From: Deltaproteobacteria bacterium
GTDB taxonomy: Bacteria; Myxococcota_A; UBA9160; UBA6930
Direction of reading: 5' to 3'
NCBI GenBank assembly: GCA_028817435.1
Contig: JAPPPQ010000023.1
Location: 58,836 to 122,835 of the forward strand
DNA: 64,000 nucleotides
Each line of letters starts with the position of its first letter. Within the stretch, counting starts at the first letter, position 1. Positions 45,776 through 54,594 of this stretch are shown piece after piece. The notes under the pieces are model-generated. The model ran no database searches and was not told the origin of the DNA. It saw only the letters and a program-made list of their open reading frames with translations. The position numbers and the translations under genes were made by a program.

Positions 45776-46669
45776 TCACTGCGGCGCGGCGCTGCAATCG
45801 CCGCGCCGCTGGCAGCCGAGTTGCCGGTGCGCGGCGTGATAGGCGAGATAATGCTCGCGCACGCGCAGGGCCGCGCCGCCATGGGGCTGCGCCGCAAAGA
45901 GATCCGCCAGCAGATCGCGCACCGCGCGCGCCCAGGGCGAGGGCGGAATGGCGCCGTAGGTGAGTCCCGCGGCCAGCAGCACCACGCGCTGGTTTGGCCA
46001 GTAGCCCGGCGCCACGAGCGCAGCCAGATAGGGATTGCCGCCGCGCTGCCATGCCGCGCGGGCCGCCGCGTGCGCCGCCGCGCCGTTGGCTGCATTCGCT
46101 GCGCCCGCCGCGCCCGCCGCCGGGGTGGCTGCCGCGCGCGCCGTCACCCGAGCCAGCGACCAGTTGGTATCGGGAAGCGGATGCAGATCTGCGGGCTCGG
46201 CGAAAGAGACGCAGAGCGCGGCGAAAAATGCGGGGGCCAGCGCAATGCGAATCCAGTTGCGCGGGGGCCGCAGCAGCCAGCACGCCGCAACCGCGGCAAT
46301 GGCGTGCAGCAGCGCCACGGCCAGCAGAAAAACCGGATACACGAAGACGGGCAGGGGCGTTTTGGCCAGCAGCCACTCCGCAATGGCGGCGACATGGCCC
46401 GAGAACACCATGATGGGGAAGTAACCGGCCCGCCAGGCCAGCAGCGCCAGCAGCCCGTGCAGTGCGCGCTCTTTGCCCGTGTGCGCGCGCTGCATGGCGT
46501 GGAGCGCGCCCAGCGCCGCGCCGCACAGCGAGGCGAAGTGCAGCGCGCCAAAGAGCAGCGGCTGAGAGAGCGCGCCGCCCGCATCAAGCGCCGCGCCCGG
46601 CAGGAAGAGCGCCGCGCAGAGCGAAAGAAGCGCCGCAAGGCCCAACATTCGGCGCAGTTGCGGCCGCAT
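45776..46669 (-). CDS. Polytopic membrane protein, unknown function
   Basis: ATG 46669 (MRPQLRRMLGLAALLSLCAALFL...). Several hydrophobic spans. Sits between the desaturase and the dehydrogenase-like gene with 6-11 nt gaps. Confidence 0.5.
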   Translation of the reverse strand: MRPQLRRMLGLAALLSLCAALFLPGAALDAGGALSQPLLFGALHFASLCGAALGALHAMQRAHTGKERALHGLLALLAWRAGYFPIMVFSGHVAAIAEWLLAKTPLPVFVYPVFLLAVALLHAIAAVAACWLLRPPRNWIRIALAPAFFAALCVSFAEPADLHPLPDTNWSLARVTARAAATPAAGAAGAANAANGAAAHAAARAAWQRGGNPYLAALVAPGYWPNQRVVLLAAGLTYGAIPPSPWARAVRDLLADLFAAQPHGGAALRVREHYLAYHAAHRQLGCQRRGDCSAAPQ

Positions 46670-46680
46670 GGAATGGCCCG

Positions 46681-47496
46681 CTACCAGACGATCTTGCTGC
46701 ACAGCTCCGGCGCCACCTTGTCGAGGCGCCGGGAGAGCGCGGGCAAGTGGCAGGTGGGCACGGCGGGAAACAGGTGATGCTCCACATGGTAGAACATATT
46801 GTAGCTGACGAAGGACTTGAAGCCGTTGCGCAGCGTGCGCGCAATGTAGTGACTGCGGTCGCAATCGTGGTGGACGGTCCACACCGCAAAGAAAGCCGAG
46901 AAGCACTGCCCCACGGTCATGGCAATGCAGTGATAGCGCAGCCAGGGTTGGTCGAAGACAAAGAAGGCCAGCCCCCACACGGCGGCCATGGCCGCAAGCT
47001 CCAGATAAATCCAGCGCCGGATTTTCGGGCGCGCCATGGTGAGCGCGGCGTGGTGCAGCCGCAGCGGAAACTGCGGCCCGGTGAGCAGCGCCTTCCAGCC
47101 CTTCATGCGCGCGCTCATGGCCTCGACATCTTCATCGTCCATGCAGTGGCGGTGGTGGCGCAGGTGATTCCACTGCACCGCGTGCATGGCGCTCATCATC
47201 AGCGGCGAGAGAATGAACATGAGCCACTCGTGGGCGCGGGGCGAAACGCCCACCGCGTAGTGAAAGGCGTTGTGCACCTGCCGCAACCCGCACAGAAAAA
47301 ACATAAAAGAGCTTGCCAGGGCCGGGACAAACCACGCGCCGTGGTGCACAAAGCCGAGCTGCGCGAAGCCCAGCGACACCAGCAGCCACGGCAGGTAAAT
47401 CGCCACCTCGTAACAAACCTCAAGGGGCCGCAGCGCGCACAAATCCCGCCACTCCACATCGGCGAGCCGCGGGTCCCGCAAAATCTCAAGGGCCAT
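46681..47496 (-). CDS. Membrane fatty-acid desaturase family di-iron enzyme
   Basis: Three His boxes: HNAFH, HLRHHRH, HVEHH. 271 aa. Confidence 0.8.
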   Translation of the reverse strand: MALEILRDPRLADVEWRDLCALRPLEVCYEVAIYLPWLLVSLGFAQLGFVHHGAWFVPALASSFMFFLCGLRQVHNAFHYAVGVSPRAHEWLMFILSPLMMSAMHAVQWNHLRHHRHCMDDEDVEAMSARMKGWKALLTGPQFPLRLHHAALTMARPKIRRWIYLELAAMAAVWGLAFFVFDQPWLRYHCIAMTVGQCFSAFFAVWTVHHDCDRSHYIARTLRNGFKSFVSYNMFYHVEHHLFPAVPTCHLPALSRRLDKVAPELCSKIVW

Positions 47497-47633
47497 TGCG
47501 CCTCCTCTTCCGCCCCGCCGCCCCGTAAGGGGGCCGGGCCGCGCGCAGCGTAGGCGTTCGCCCGCCGCAGCGCCAGCGGCAGCGGAGGCCGGCCGGACGC
47601 CGCCCCGCGCTCAGTATCGCGGAATCCTCGCGG

Positions 47634-49952
47634 CTAGAAGCGGTAGGTGAGATTGACTCCGGCCCAGCGCGGGCGGCCATAGTATTGCTCGACCATGCCG
47701 AAGGCGGCGGTGGTGGAGAGATCGAAGACCTGCACCAGGTATTCCTCATCGGTGAAGTTGCGCACAAAGCCCCGCACGCCCCACTGCCCGTCCAGGCTTT
47801 CCCAGCCGATGGAGAGATTCGCCACGGTGTAGCCGTCCTCGGTCACCGCAGGCAGCCGGGTGAGAGCGAAGAAGTGCTCGGAGCGGTAATCGCCGTCCAC
47901 CTGCAGAGACATGGCGCCGCCGAACAACTTCCATTCGTAGCGGAGCAGCGCGTTCACATTCCACTCGGGCGATTGCACCGAGGTGGTCTTGGGCGTGTTG
48001 TTGCCCAGATCCACCTCGATATCGTTGTAGGCGGCGCCCACCCGCAGCGTCAGGCCCTCAATCGGCCGCGCCACGGCCTCAATCTCAAAGCCTTGGCTGC
48101 TGGCCTCGGCGTTGCGGGTGATGGCGTCGAGCCCGACAAAAGTGAATGCCTGATAGTCGCTGTAATCGTAGTAGTAGGCCGATGCATTCAACTGCACGCG
48201 CCCGGCAGCCAGCGTGGACTTGAAGCCAACCTCGTAGGCGTCGAGCTCTTCCGGGCGGTAATTGAAGGTGGCATCGTTGTAGTTGTTGCTTGCATCGAAG
48301 AACGGGAAGATCGGCGCATTGAAACCGCCGCTCTTCACGCCCCGGTTCCAGCCGCCAAAGACGAGCAACTCGGCAGAGGGCTGCCAATTCAACACCACCC
48401 GGGCAGACCAGACGCCGTCGTCGCGCTCGCCCTCGTAGCTTCCAAAGGTGCCTTGGTAAATGGGGTTGTCGTTGCTGCGCTGCACGCTGGGATCGAAATC
48501 CACCAGATTGGCGGTGTATTTGTGCTCTTTGTCATCCTGAATCCAGCGGAAGCCGCCCACCGCCGTCAGCGTTTCGGTGAGATCGTATTCCACCTGCCCG
48601 AACAGCGACCAGGATGTCGTTTCGGTGGTGTAGGGGTTGTCGAGCCCCGAGAGCGCCGGGGCCGCGAGATTTTCACCAGCGCGCAGGGTGGCCAGCGGGG
48701 CGAGCGCCCCAGCGAAGTCCTCACTCTCTCCGCCGTTGGAATCGTCCACATCAATATCCAGCCAGTAGAAGCCCGCCACCCAGTTGAGCCGATCGCGCCC
48801 ACCGGCCAGGCGAAGCTCCTGAGAGATTTGCTCGGCATCGGTGGTGAGGAAGAAGTTGAAGAGGCGCACCGGAGAGGCGTCGGAATCCTCGATGTAATCG
48901 CGCTCCACAGACTGGTAATCGGTGATGGAGGTGAGCGTCACATTGCCGAAATTCCAATTGATAGTCGCCGTCGCGCCGGTGGTCTCCAGGTCGTTGTGCC
49001 CCGGATCGTTGTAGGCGCCGGCAAACACATCGCCATCGTCGTCCCGGTAACCGCCGAGCACCGTGTTGGGCAAATTCGGCGTGAGCACTCCGCCAACTTC
49101 GTTGCCGTCGGCGTCGGTTGCCAGCGCCGTCACATGCTCGAAAAAGCCCGTGCGAATGAGCTGATCCGAACCGCGCACATTCAGCAGCAGCGAAAAATCC
49201 TCGTTCGGCGTGAAGAGCACCTGCGCTCGCCAAGCCTTGTCGTTGGCGTTGTTCAGGTCCGAATCGTTCAGCCGGTTCTCAATGTAGCCGTCGTTCCAGT
49301 GGCCCGAAAACGAGAGCCGCGCCGAGAGCAGATCGCCGCCGCCGCCCACCGCGCCCTCCACCTTGATCTGGCTGTTTTCGCCGCCGGTGAGCCGGGCGTA
49401 GCCGTCCAGCTCCCGCGCCGGCTTGCGCGTCACAAAGTGCGCCAGGCCGCCGGTGGCGTTGCGCCCGAACAGCGTTCCCTGCGGGCCGCGCAAAATCTCC
49501 ACGCGCTCCATATCGAAGAGCATGAAGCCCGTCCCCGACATCTGGCTGATATAGACCTCGTCCACATAGACGGCGACGGGGCTCTCCACATTGGCGGTGA
49601 AATCGCTGTTCGCCACGCCGCGCATCCCAACGGCGTAGTTCGCCTCGCCGTTGGGCTGAATGGTGCTGACCCCCGCCGCCAGCGCCGTCACCTCTTGCGC
49701 GCTGGCAAAGCCGCCCCGCTCCAGCTCGTCCCCCGTCACCGCGGTCAGCGAAATGCCCACATCCTGCGCGCTCTGCTCGCGCTTCTGGGCCGTAACGGTG
49801 ATTTCCTCGATGGTTCCCCGCGGGGGGGGGGGGGGTGAGGTTTCCTGCGCTAGCGCCAGCCCCGGCGAAAGCCACGCCAGCACCGCCGCTGCCCGTCCCA
49901 GGCGGCCCAGGCTGTTTGCGCCCCGAAATCCAGCGATGGTGAAAGTTCGCAT
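47634..49952 (-). CDS. TonB-dependent outer-membrane receptor
   Basis: Signal peptide; plug (EEITVTAQKREQSAQDVGISLTAV); terminal ...GVNLTYRF. Confidence 0.9.
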   Translation of the reverse strand: MRTFTIAGFRGANSLGRLGRAAAVLAWLSPGLALAQETSPPPPPRGTIEEITVTAQKREQSAQDVGISLTAVTGDELERGGFASAQEVTALAAGVSTIQPNGEANYAVGMRGVANSDFTANVESPVAVYVDEVYISQMSGTGFMLFDMERVEILRGPQGTLFGRNATGGLAHFVTRKPARELDGYARLTGGENSQIKVEGAVGGGGDLLSARLSFSGHWNDGYIENRLNDSDLNNANDKAWRAQVLFTPNEDFSLLLNVRGSDQLIRTGFFEHVTALATDADGNEVGGVLTPNLPNTVLGGYRDDDGDVFAGAYNDPGHNDLETTGATATINWNFGNVTLTSITDYQSVERDYIEDSDASPVRLFNFFLTTDAEQISQELRLAGGRDRLNWVAGFYWLDIDVDDSNGGESEDFAGALAPLATLRAGENLAAPALSGLDNPYTTETTSWSLFGQVEYDLTETLTAVGGFRWIQDDKEHKYTANLVDFDPSVQRSNDNPIYQGTFGSYEGERDDGVWSARVVLNWQPSAELLVFGGWNRGVKSGGFNAPIFPFFDASNNYNDATFNYRPEELDAYEVGFKSTLAAGRVQLNASAYYYDYSDYQAFTFVGLDAITRNAEASSQGFEIEAVARPIEGLTLRVGAAYNDIEVDLGNNTPKTTSVQSPEWNVNALLRYEWKLFGGAMSLQVDGDYRSEHFFALTRLPAVTEDGYTVANLSIGWESLDGQWGVRGFVRNFTDEEYLVQVFDLSTTAAFGMVEQYYGRPRWAGVNLTYRF
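49822..49835. repeat. Homopolymeric G14 (C14 on the coding strand) inside the receptor gene, encoding PPPPP just after the signal peptide
   Basis: Counted directly: c g9 (49821-49830) + g5 (49831-35). Confidence 0.95.
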
Positions 49953-50089
49953 ACGCCCTCCTTTCTTGAGATTCCCGCACAGGCGGCGCGGGAAGTCAAC
50001 GAAAATTTGATTTTTTGGCGCTTGAAAAGCGCGCTGCGCTGTGGTGGAATGGGCGAATCACGGGTTCGCAAAAGCGGAGGTGTCCGCAA

Positions 50090-51361
50090 ATGGCGTCAAT
50101 GGTGAAGCTGGTGGCAATGGCGAATTGGGCGAAGCGGCTGCCCGCGGCGGAGCGGGCGCGCGGGGAAGCGGCGCAAGCGCCGGGAGGGGCGCGGGCGTTG
50201 CGCGGCCTGCTCGCCGGCCTGCTGGGGCTCGGCGTGGCCCTGGCGCCCGGTGCGCTGCGCGCAGAGCTTGCGGCGGAGCCGGTGCCGAAGGTGGAGAAGC
50301 TGCCGAAGCGCTACGGCGATAGCTGGCTCTATGTGCTCGATGTCAACTTCCCCGCACTGCTGGACGCCAAAGGCGTGCTGCTCGATCTCGCCGCGAAGAA
50401 CCGCAACTACAAGGCCAACTTTGGCGCTTCGCAGTTCGCCAGTCTGGCAGAGTCGCGCACGCGGTCCGAGTTCTATGTGGCGGAGACTTTCTACAGCCGG
50501 GGCGTGCGCGGCGAGCGCAGCGACTTCATCACCATCTACGACAAGGCCAGCGCCGCGCCGGTGGCCGAGATTGAGTTGCCGAAGGCCAAGCGCGGCCTGG
50601 TCGTAACGCAAAAGGGCAGCTTCAGACTTACCGGCGATGACAAGCTGGGGCTGATTTTCAATTTCACCCCGGCGGCCTCGGTTACGGTGGTGGATATGGT
50701 GAAGCGCGAGGTGCTGGGCGAGGTGCCGATTCCCGGCTGCAGCCTGGTGTATCCCACGGGCCGCCGCGGCTTTTCCACTTTGTGCGGCAACGGCACGCTG
50801 GCGAGCTTTGTGCTCGACGCAAAGGGCGCTGTGCAGCGGCGCGAAGTGAGCGAGGCATTCAACGATATTGACGGCGATGCGCTGTTTATGAAGACCGGCG
50901 ATGCGGCGGGCCTCACGCACTTTCCCACTTTCACCGGCAATGTGCGGCCCGTGAATTTGCGCGGCGAAGTGGCGCAGGTGGGCGAGGCGTGGTCTCTGGT
51001 GAGCGCCGAAGAGCGTGCGGCGGGCTGGCGCCCGGGCGGCTGGCAGGTGATCAGCGGCGATGCCCGCGCGCGCATCTATGTGCTCATGCACGAGGGCGGC
51101 AAAGAGGGCAGCCACAAATCCGGCGGCAGCGAAGTTTGGGTCTTCGATGCGCGCAAGCAGAGCCGGGTGCGGCGCATTGTGCTGGATAGCTGGGGCATTT
51201 CCGTCGAGGCCACCCGGGGGCGCCGCCCCTACCTGGCCGTTACCAACGCCGATCTCGCCATTGATGTCTATGACGCGCGCTCGGGCGCGCACCTGCGCAC
51301 CATTGGCGGCGGGCTGGCCGGCACGCCCCTGACTCTTTACGCAACGCGGGGCCGGAACTGA
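50090..51361 (+). CDS. mauB: TTQ-dependent amine (methylamine/aromatic amine) dehydrogenase heavy chain
   Basis: GGAGG 9 nt before ATG 50090. RGERSDFITIYD and EERAAGWRPGGWQ match the remembered Paracoccus MauB blocks RGERTDYVEVFD / AERADGWRPGGWQ. Confidence 0.85.
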   Translation: MASMVKLVAMANWAKRLPAAERARGEAAQAPGGARALRGLLAGLLGLGVALAPGALRAELAAEPVPKVEKLPKRYGDSWLYVLDVNFPALLDAKGVLLDLAAKNRNYKANFGASQFASLAESRTRSEFYVAETFYSRGVRGERSDFITIYDKASAAPVAEIELPKAKRGLVVTQKGSFRLTGDDKLGLIFNFTPAASVTVVDMVKREVLGEVPIPGCSLVYPTGRRGFSTLCGNGTLASFVLDAKGAVQRREVSEAFNDIDGDALFMKTGDAAGLTHFPTFTGNVRPVNLRGEVAQVGEAWSLVSAEERAAGWRPGGWQVISGDARARIYVLMHEGGKEGSHKSGGSEVWVFDARKQSRVRRIVLDSWGISVEATRGRRPYLAVTNADLAIDVYDARSGAHLRTIGGGLAGTPLTLYATRGRN

Positions 51362-51369
51362 GGCCGGGG

Positions 51370-51903
51370 ATGGATCCCCTGCTTTTGCTCGCGGCGGGCT
51401 TCTTCTGCGCGGGGCTGCTGCTCGGCGCGGGTTGGCACAAGCTGCGCGCGCCCGCCGCTTTCCGGCGCGCGCTGGCGGGCTACGAGCTGCTGCCGGCCTT
51501 TGGCCTGCCCGTTGCGGCGCGGCTGTTGCCGCTGCTCGAAATTGCTCTCGGCGCGGCGCTGCTTTTCCCCGCCACCCGGCCCACTGCTGCGGCGCTGGCC
51601 TGCGCGCTGTTTCTGCTCTACGCGCTGGCCATGGGCGTGAACCTGCTGCGCGGGCGGCGCGGCATGGACTGCGGCTGCAGCTTCGGCGCGCGCGCGGGGG
51701 GACTCACCGCCTTTATGCCGCTGCGCAATCTGCTGTTTGCGCTGACGGCCGCGCTGGCCGCCGCGCCGCAGCTCCGCGCGCCGCAGCTTGCGGATTACAC
51801 CGGCGCGGCCTGCGCCGCCGCGGCCTTTTGGCTCATCGCCCTGGCGGCCGAAACCGCGCAGGCTACCGCGCTGCAAATGCGCGGCGGCGCAGAGGCGGGC
51901 TGA
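51370..51903 (+). CDS. mauE: Methylamine utilisation membrane protein MauE
   Basis: 177 aa; HKLRAPAAFRRALAGYELLP...NLLRGRRGMDCGCSFG. Confidence 0.8.
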   Translation: MDPLLLLAAGFFCAGLLLGAGWHKLRAPAAFRRALAGYELLPAFGLPVAARLLPLLEIALGAALLFPATRPTAAALACALFLLYALAMGVNLLRGRRGMDCGCSFGARAGGLTAFMPLRNLLFALTAALAAAPQLRAPQLADYTGAACAAAAFWLIALAAETAQATALQMRGGAEAG

Positions 51904-52526
51904 TGCGCGGGCTGATTGTGTCGCAGTTTCTGCTCTGGCTGGCGGTGCTGGGCCTTGGCGGCCTGTGCCTGGTGCTGTTGCGGCAGGTGGGCGTGCTCTA
52001 CGAGCGCGTGGCGCCGGCGGGCGCGCTGGCAATTAACCGCAAGCTGAAGGCGGGCGAGCGCGCGCCGCATATGCATGTGCCCGCGCAGGACGGCGGGCTG
52101 CTGGAGATCGGCGGGCCGAGCCCTGCGGGCCGCAGCACGCTGCTGTTTTTTCTCTCTCCCGATTGCCCGGTGTGCAAGACGCTGTTGTCGGTGCTTTCCT
52201 CTATTCGCGATGCGGAGCGGGGCTGGCTCGACATTGTGCTGGCCAGCGACGGCGACGCCGAGAGTCACGCGGACTTCCGGCGCGAATCGGGCATTGACGG
52301 CTTTCCGTATCTGCTTTCCGAGCCGCTGGGCCGCGCCTTCGGCGTGGGCAGTTTGCCCTACGCTGTGCTGATAGACGAAGCCGGCACGCTGGTTGCGCTG
52401 GGCCTCGTCAACAACCGCGAGCACCTCGAGAGCCTGTTTGAGGCCAGGGAGCGGGGTGTGGCGACAATTCAGGAATATCTGCGCCGCGAAGATGCATTGC
52501 GCGCGGCGCGCGGGGAGGTCTCATGA
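51903..52526 (+). CDS. mauD: Amine dehydrogenase accessory thioredoxin-like protein MauD
   Basis: TGATG overlap with mauE; membrane anchor; FFLSPDCPVCKTL (CPxC). Confidence 0.8.
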   Translation: MRGLIVSQFLLWLAVLGLGGLCLVLLRQVGVLYERVAPAGALAINRKLKAGERAPHMHVPAQDGGLLEIGGPSPAGRSTLLFFLSPDCPVCKTLLSVLSSIRDAERGWLDIVLASDGDAESHADFRRESGIDGFPYLLSEPLGRAFGVGSLPYAVLIDEAGTLVALGLVNNREHLESLFEARERGVATIQEYLRREDALRAARGEVS

Positions 52527-53071
52527 ACGCAGTGGACCGCTTCACCGAAAAGACCGCACGGCTGCTGGCACGCCGCAGCTCCAGGCGCAGCTTTGTGGGC
52601 TGGTTGGGCGCGGCACTGGTCGGCGCGCCCTTTTTGCCCACGCTGCCGGTGGCGCGCGCCGCCGAAGGCGAGGGCGCATACCCCGGCGTCGCGCCGCAGC
52701 CCACGGGCCGCGCCGCCGATCCCGGCGATCCGACGAGCTGCGAATACTGGCGCCACTGCGCAATGGACGGCTGGCTCTGCTCTTGCTGCGGCGGTAGCCA
52801 GAGCAGCTGCCCGCCCGGCACCGAGATGTCGCCCATCACCTGGGTCGGCACCTGCCGCAATCCCGCCGATGGCCTGAACTACATCATCTCTTACAACGAT
52901 TGCTGCGGGAAGCCGAGTTGCGGGCGCTGCCTGTGCAACAACAACCTGCGCGAGCGGCCCATGTATCGGCCGCAGCTCAACAACGACACCGTCTGGTGCC
53001 TGGGCGTTGCGGCCGAAACCTACACCTGCACCGCCGCCATCGTCCTGGGCACCGCCACAGACGAGAAGTAG
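52523..53071 (+). CDS. mauA: TTQ amine dehydrogenase light chain
   Basis: Tat-like RRSSRRSFV. CEYWRHCAMDGWLCSCCGGS...CPPGTEMSPITWVGTC...YNDCCG...DTVWCLG aligns with remembered MauA, including both TTQ tryptophans. Confidence 0.9.
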   Translation: MNAVDRFTEKTARLLARRSSRRSFVGWLGAALVGAPFLPTLPVARAAEGEGAYPGVAPQPTGRAADPGDPTSCEYWRHCAMDGWLCSCCGGSQSSCPPGTEMSPITWVGTCRNPADGLNYIISYNDCCGKPSCGRCLCNNNLRERPMYRPQLNNDTVWCLGVAAETYTCTAAIVLGTATDEK

Positions 53072-53076
53072 GCGCG

Positions 53077-53565
53077 GTGCGGCGGGCGCTGCCGCTTCTG
53101 GCGCTGGCCGCGCTGCTCCCGGCGGCGGCGGGCGCAGTCTCTGCAGCCGTGCGGGCCGCCGAAGCCGCGGCCTACGCGCGCTGCGCCGTCTGCCATCTGC
53201 CCGGCGGCGAGGGCCTGCCCGGGGCCGTGCCTCCCCTGGTCGGCCCCTTCGCCGCGCTGGCCGCCGATGCGCAGGGCCGCGCCTACTTGGCGCTGGTCGC
53301 AAAGTTCGGCTTGGCCGGCCCCATCGAATCCGGCGGCGCGCGCTACCTGGGCGTCATGCCCGCGCAGCACGCCGCACTGGACGACGCCGCACTGGCCGCA
53401 GCGCTGAACCATATGCTGCGTGAATTGAACGGCGCGCATTTCGACGCCCGGCTGCGGCCCTTCAGCGCCGCCGAAATCGCCCGCATCGAAGCGCAACACC
53501 CCGGCGCAAACCCCCGCGCCAACGCCGCCCTGCGCGCCGCGCTGGCCAAAGGATTGCTGCCGTGA
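53077..53565 (+). CDS. Monoheme c-type cytochrome
   Basis: GTG 53077; signal peptide; single CAVCH. Confidence 0.7.
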   Translation: MRRALPLLALAALLPAAAGAVSAAVRAAEAAAYARCAVCHLPGGEGLPGAVPPLVGPFAALAADAQGRAYLALVAKFGLAGPIESGGARYLGVMPAQHAALDDAALAAALNHMLRELNGAHFDARLRPFSAAEIARIEAQHPGANPRANAALRAALAKGLLP

Positions 53566-54113
53566 CTGCGCGCATGGGCTGGCGATTCGCTGCGCTTGAG
53601 AGTCGGCGGCGTCTCGCCGCGCGCATGGGCTGGCTGCGGCGCGCCGCTCTCTTGAGTTGGCCGCGCCGCGCCGCGTTGTGCGCGCTGTGCTGCCTCGTCC
53701 TCGCCGCGCCCGCCGCCGCAAATTCCGCGCCGGACGCGGCGGAATCCGCCCGCGCGCGAATCAACTGGCTGCTGAACTGCCAGGGCTGCCACCGCGCCGA
53801 CGCCAGCGGACTCCCCGGCGGCGCGCCGAACATGGCCGGCGAAGTCTCGCGCTTTCTGAATGTGAAGGGCGGCCGCGAATACCTGGTGCGCGTCCCCGGC
53901 GTTGCAAACGCCCCCCTGTCCGACGCCGACCTGGCCGCCCTGCTCAACTGGATGCTGCGCACCTTCGACCCGCAACACCTCCCCACCAATTTCTCCCCCT
54001 ACCGCGCCGCCGAAGTCGCCGCCCTGCGCCGCCACCCCCTGCTCGAAGAAGCCCCCACCCTCCGCGCCACCCTAACCTCCACCCCCGCCTTCACAGACGA
54101 AGAATCGCGCTGA
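53562..54113 (+). CDS. Monoheme c-type cytochrome (paralogue of the preceding gene)
   Basis: Single CQGCH. Shares GR.YL..V, L.D..LAA.LN.MLR blocks with the upstream cytochrome. GTGA overlap at 53562; alternative ATG at 53625. Confidence 0.7.
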   Translation: MTARMGWRFAALESRRRLAARMGWLRRAALLSWPRRAALCALCCLVLAAPAAANSAPDAAESARARINWLLNCQGCHRADASGLPGGAPNMAGEVSRFLNVKGGREYLVRVPGVANAPLSDADLAALLNWMLRTFDPQHLPTNFSPYRAAEVAALRRHPLLEEAPTLRATLTSTPAFTDEESR

Positions 54114-54126
54114 GAGAGTGTTTTTT

Positions 54127-54561
54127 TCAAGCCAAAAAGCGCTTGATCCGGCTGCCCAGCTTTGCATCTTCTTTCACTTCGCATTCCCATATCACGAGAA
54201 CCTTCCAACCAGCGTTCTCCAAAGCGCTCCAATTTTCTCTGTCCCTCACGACATTCCCTTCCAGTTTCGCTTCCCAGTAATCGAGATTGGATTTGGGGGT
54301 GCGCCTGATCTTGCACTCGGCCGCGGGGTGCTGGTGCCAGAAACAGCCGTTGATAAAAATCACCTTGCGGCGCGCCGGAAAGACGAGATCGGGCCTTCCG
54401 GGGAGATCGCGGCGGTGAAGCCGGTAGCGGTATCCCATCTTGTGAATCATCCGCCGCACCGCCATTTCGGGCTTGGTTCCCTTGCTGCGAATGGCGCGCA
54501 TATTGGCACTGCGGGCTTGACGGCTGATCTTGTCCACCATTGCAGAATTCTCCCGATGCAT
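54127..54561 (-). CDS. vsr: Very-short-patch repair endonuclease
   Basis: RSANMRAIRSKGTKPE...LPGRPDLVFPARRKVIFINGCFWHQH...WKVLVIWECE. Alternative ATG at 54540. Confidence 0.9.
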   Translation of the reverse strand: MHRENSAMVDKISRQARSANMRAIRSKGTKPEMAVRRMIHKMGYRYRLHRRDLPGRPDLVFPARRKVIFINGCFWHQHPAAECKIRRTPKSNLDYWEAKLEGNVVRDRENWSALENAGWKVLVIWECEVKEDAKLGSRIKRFLA

Positions 54562-54594
54562 GGGTAGCAGAGTTGCTCGATCTTTTTGTTGAAA

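Noticed and set aside
44676-46978. 616-aa, 480-aa and 400-aa minus-strand ORFs and the 656-aa plus-strand ORF in the 44.7-47.0 kb region
   Set aside because: Mutually overlapping alternative frames. Only 44702-45769 (Rossmann start), 45776-46669 (hydrophobic spans, tight spacing) and 46681-47496 (His boxes) have protein-like features.
47685-49838. 717-aa plus-strand ORF
   Set aside because: Antisense shadow of the TonB-dependent receptor, which has signal peptide, plug and terminal-Phe features.
53077-54113. The two small cytochromes as a split MauG
   Set aside because: Each has a single CxxCH and about 160-180 residues. They resemble each other and dehydrogenase-acceptor class I cytochromes rather than the two halves of a di-heme peroxidase, so MauG is treated as absent from the window.
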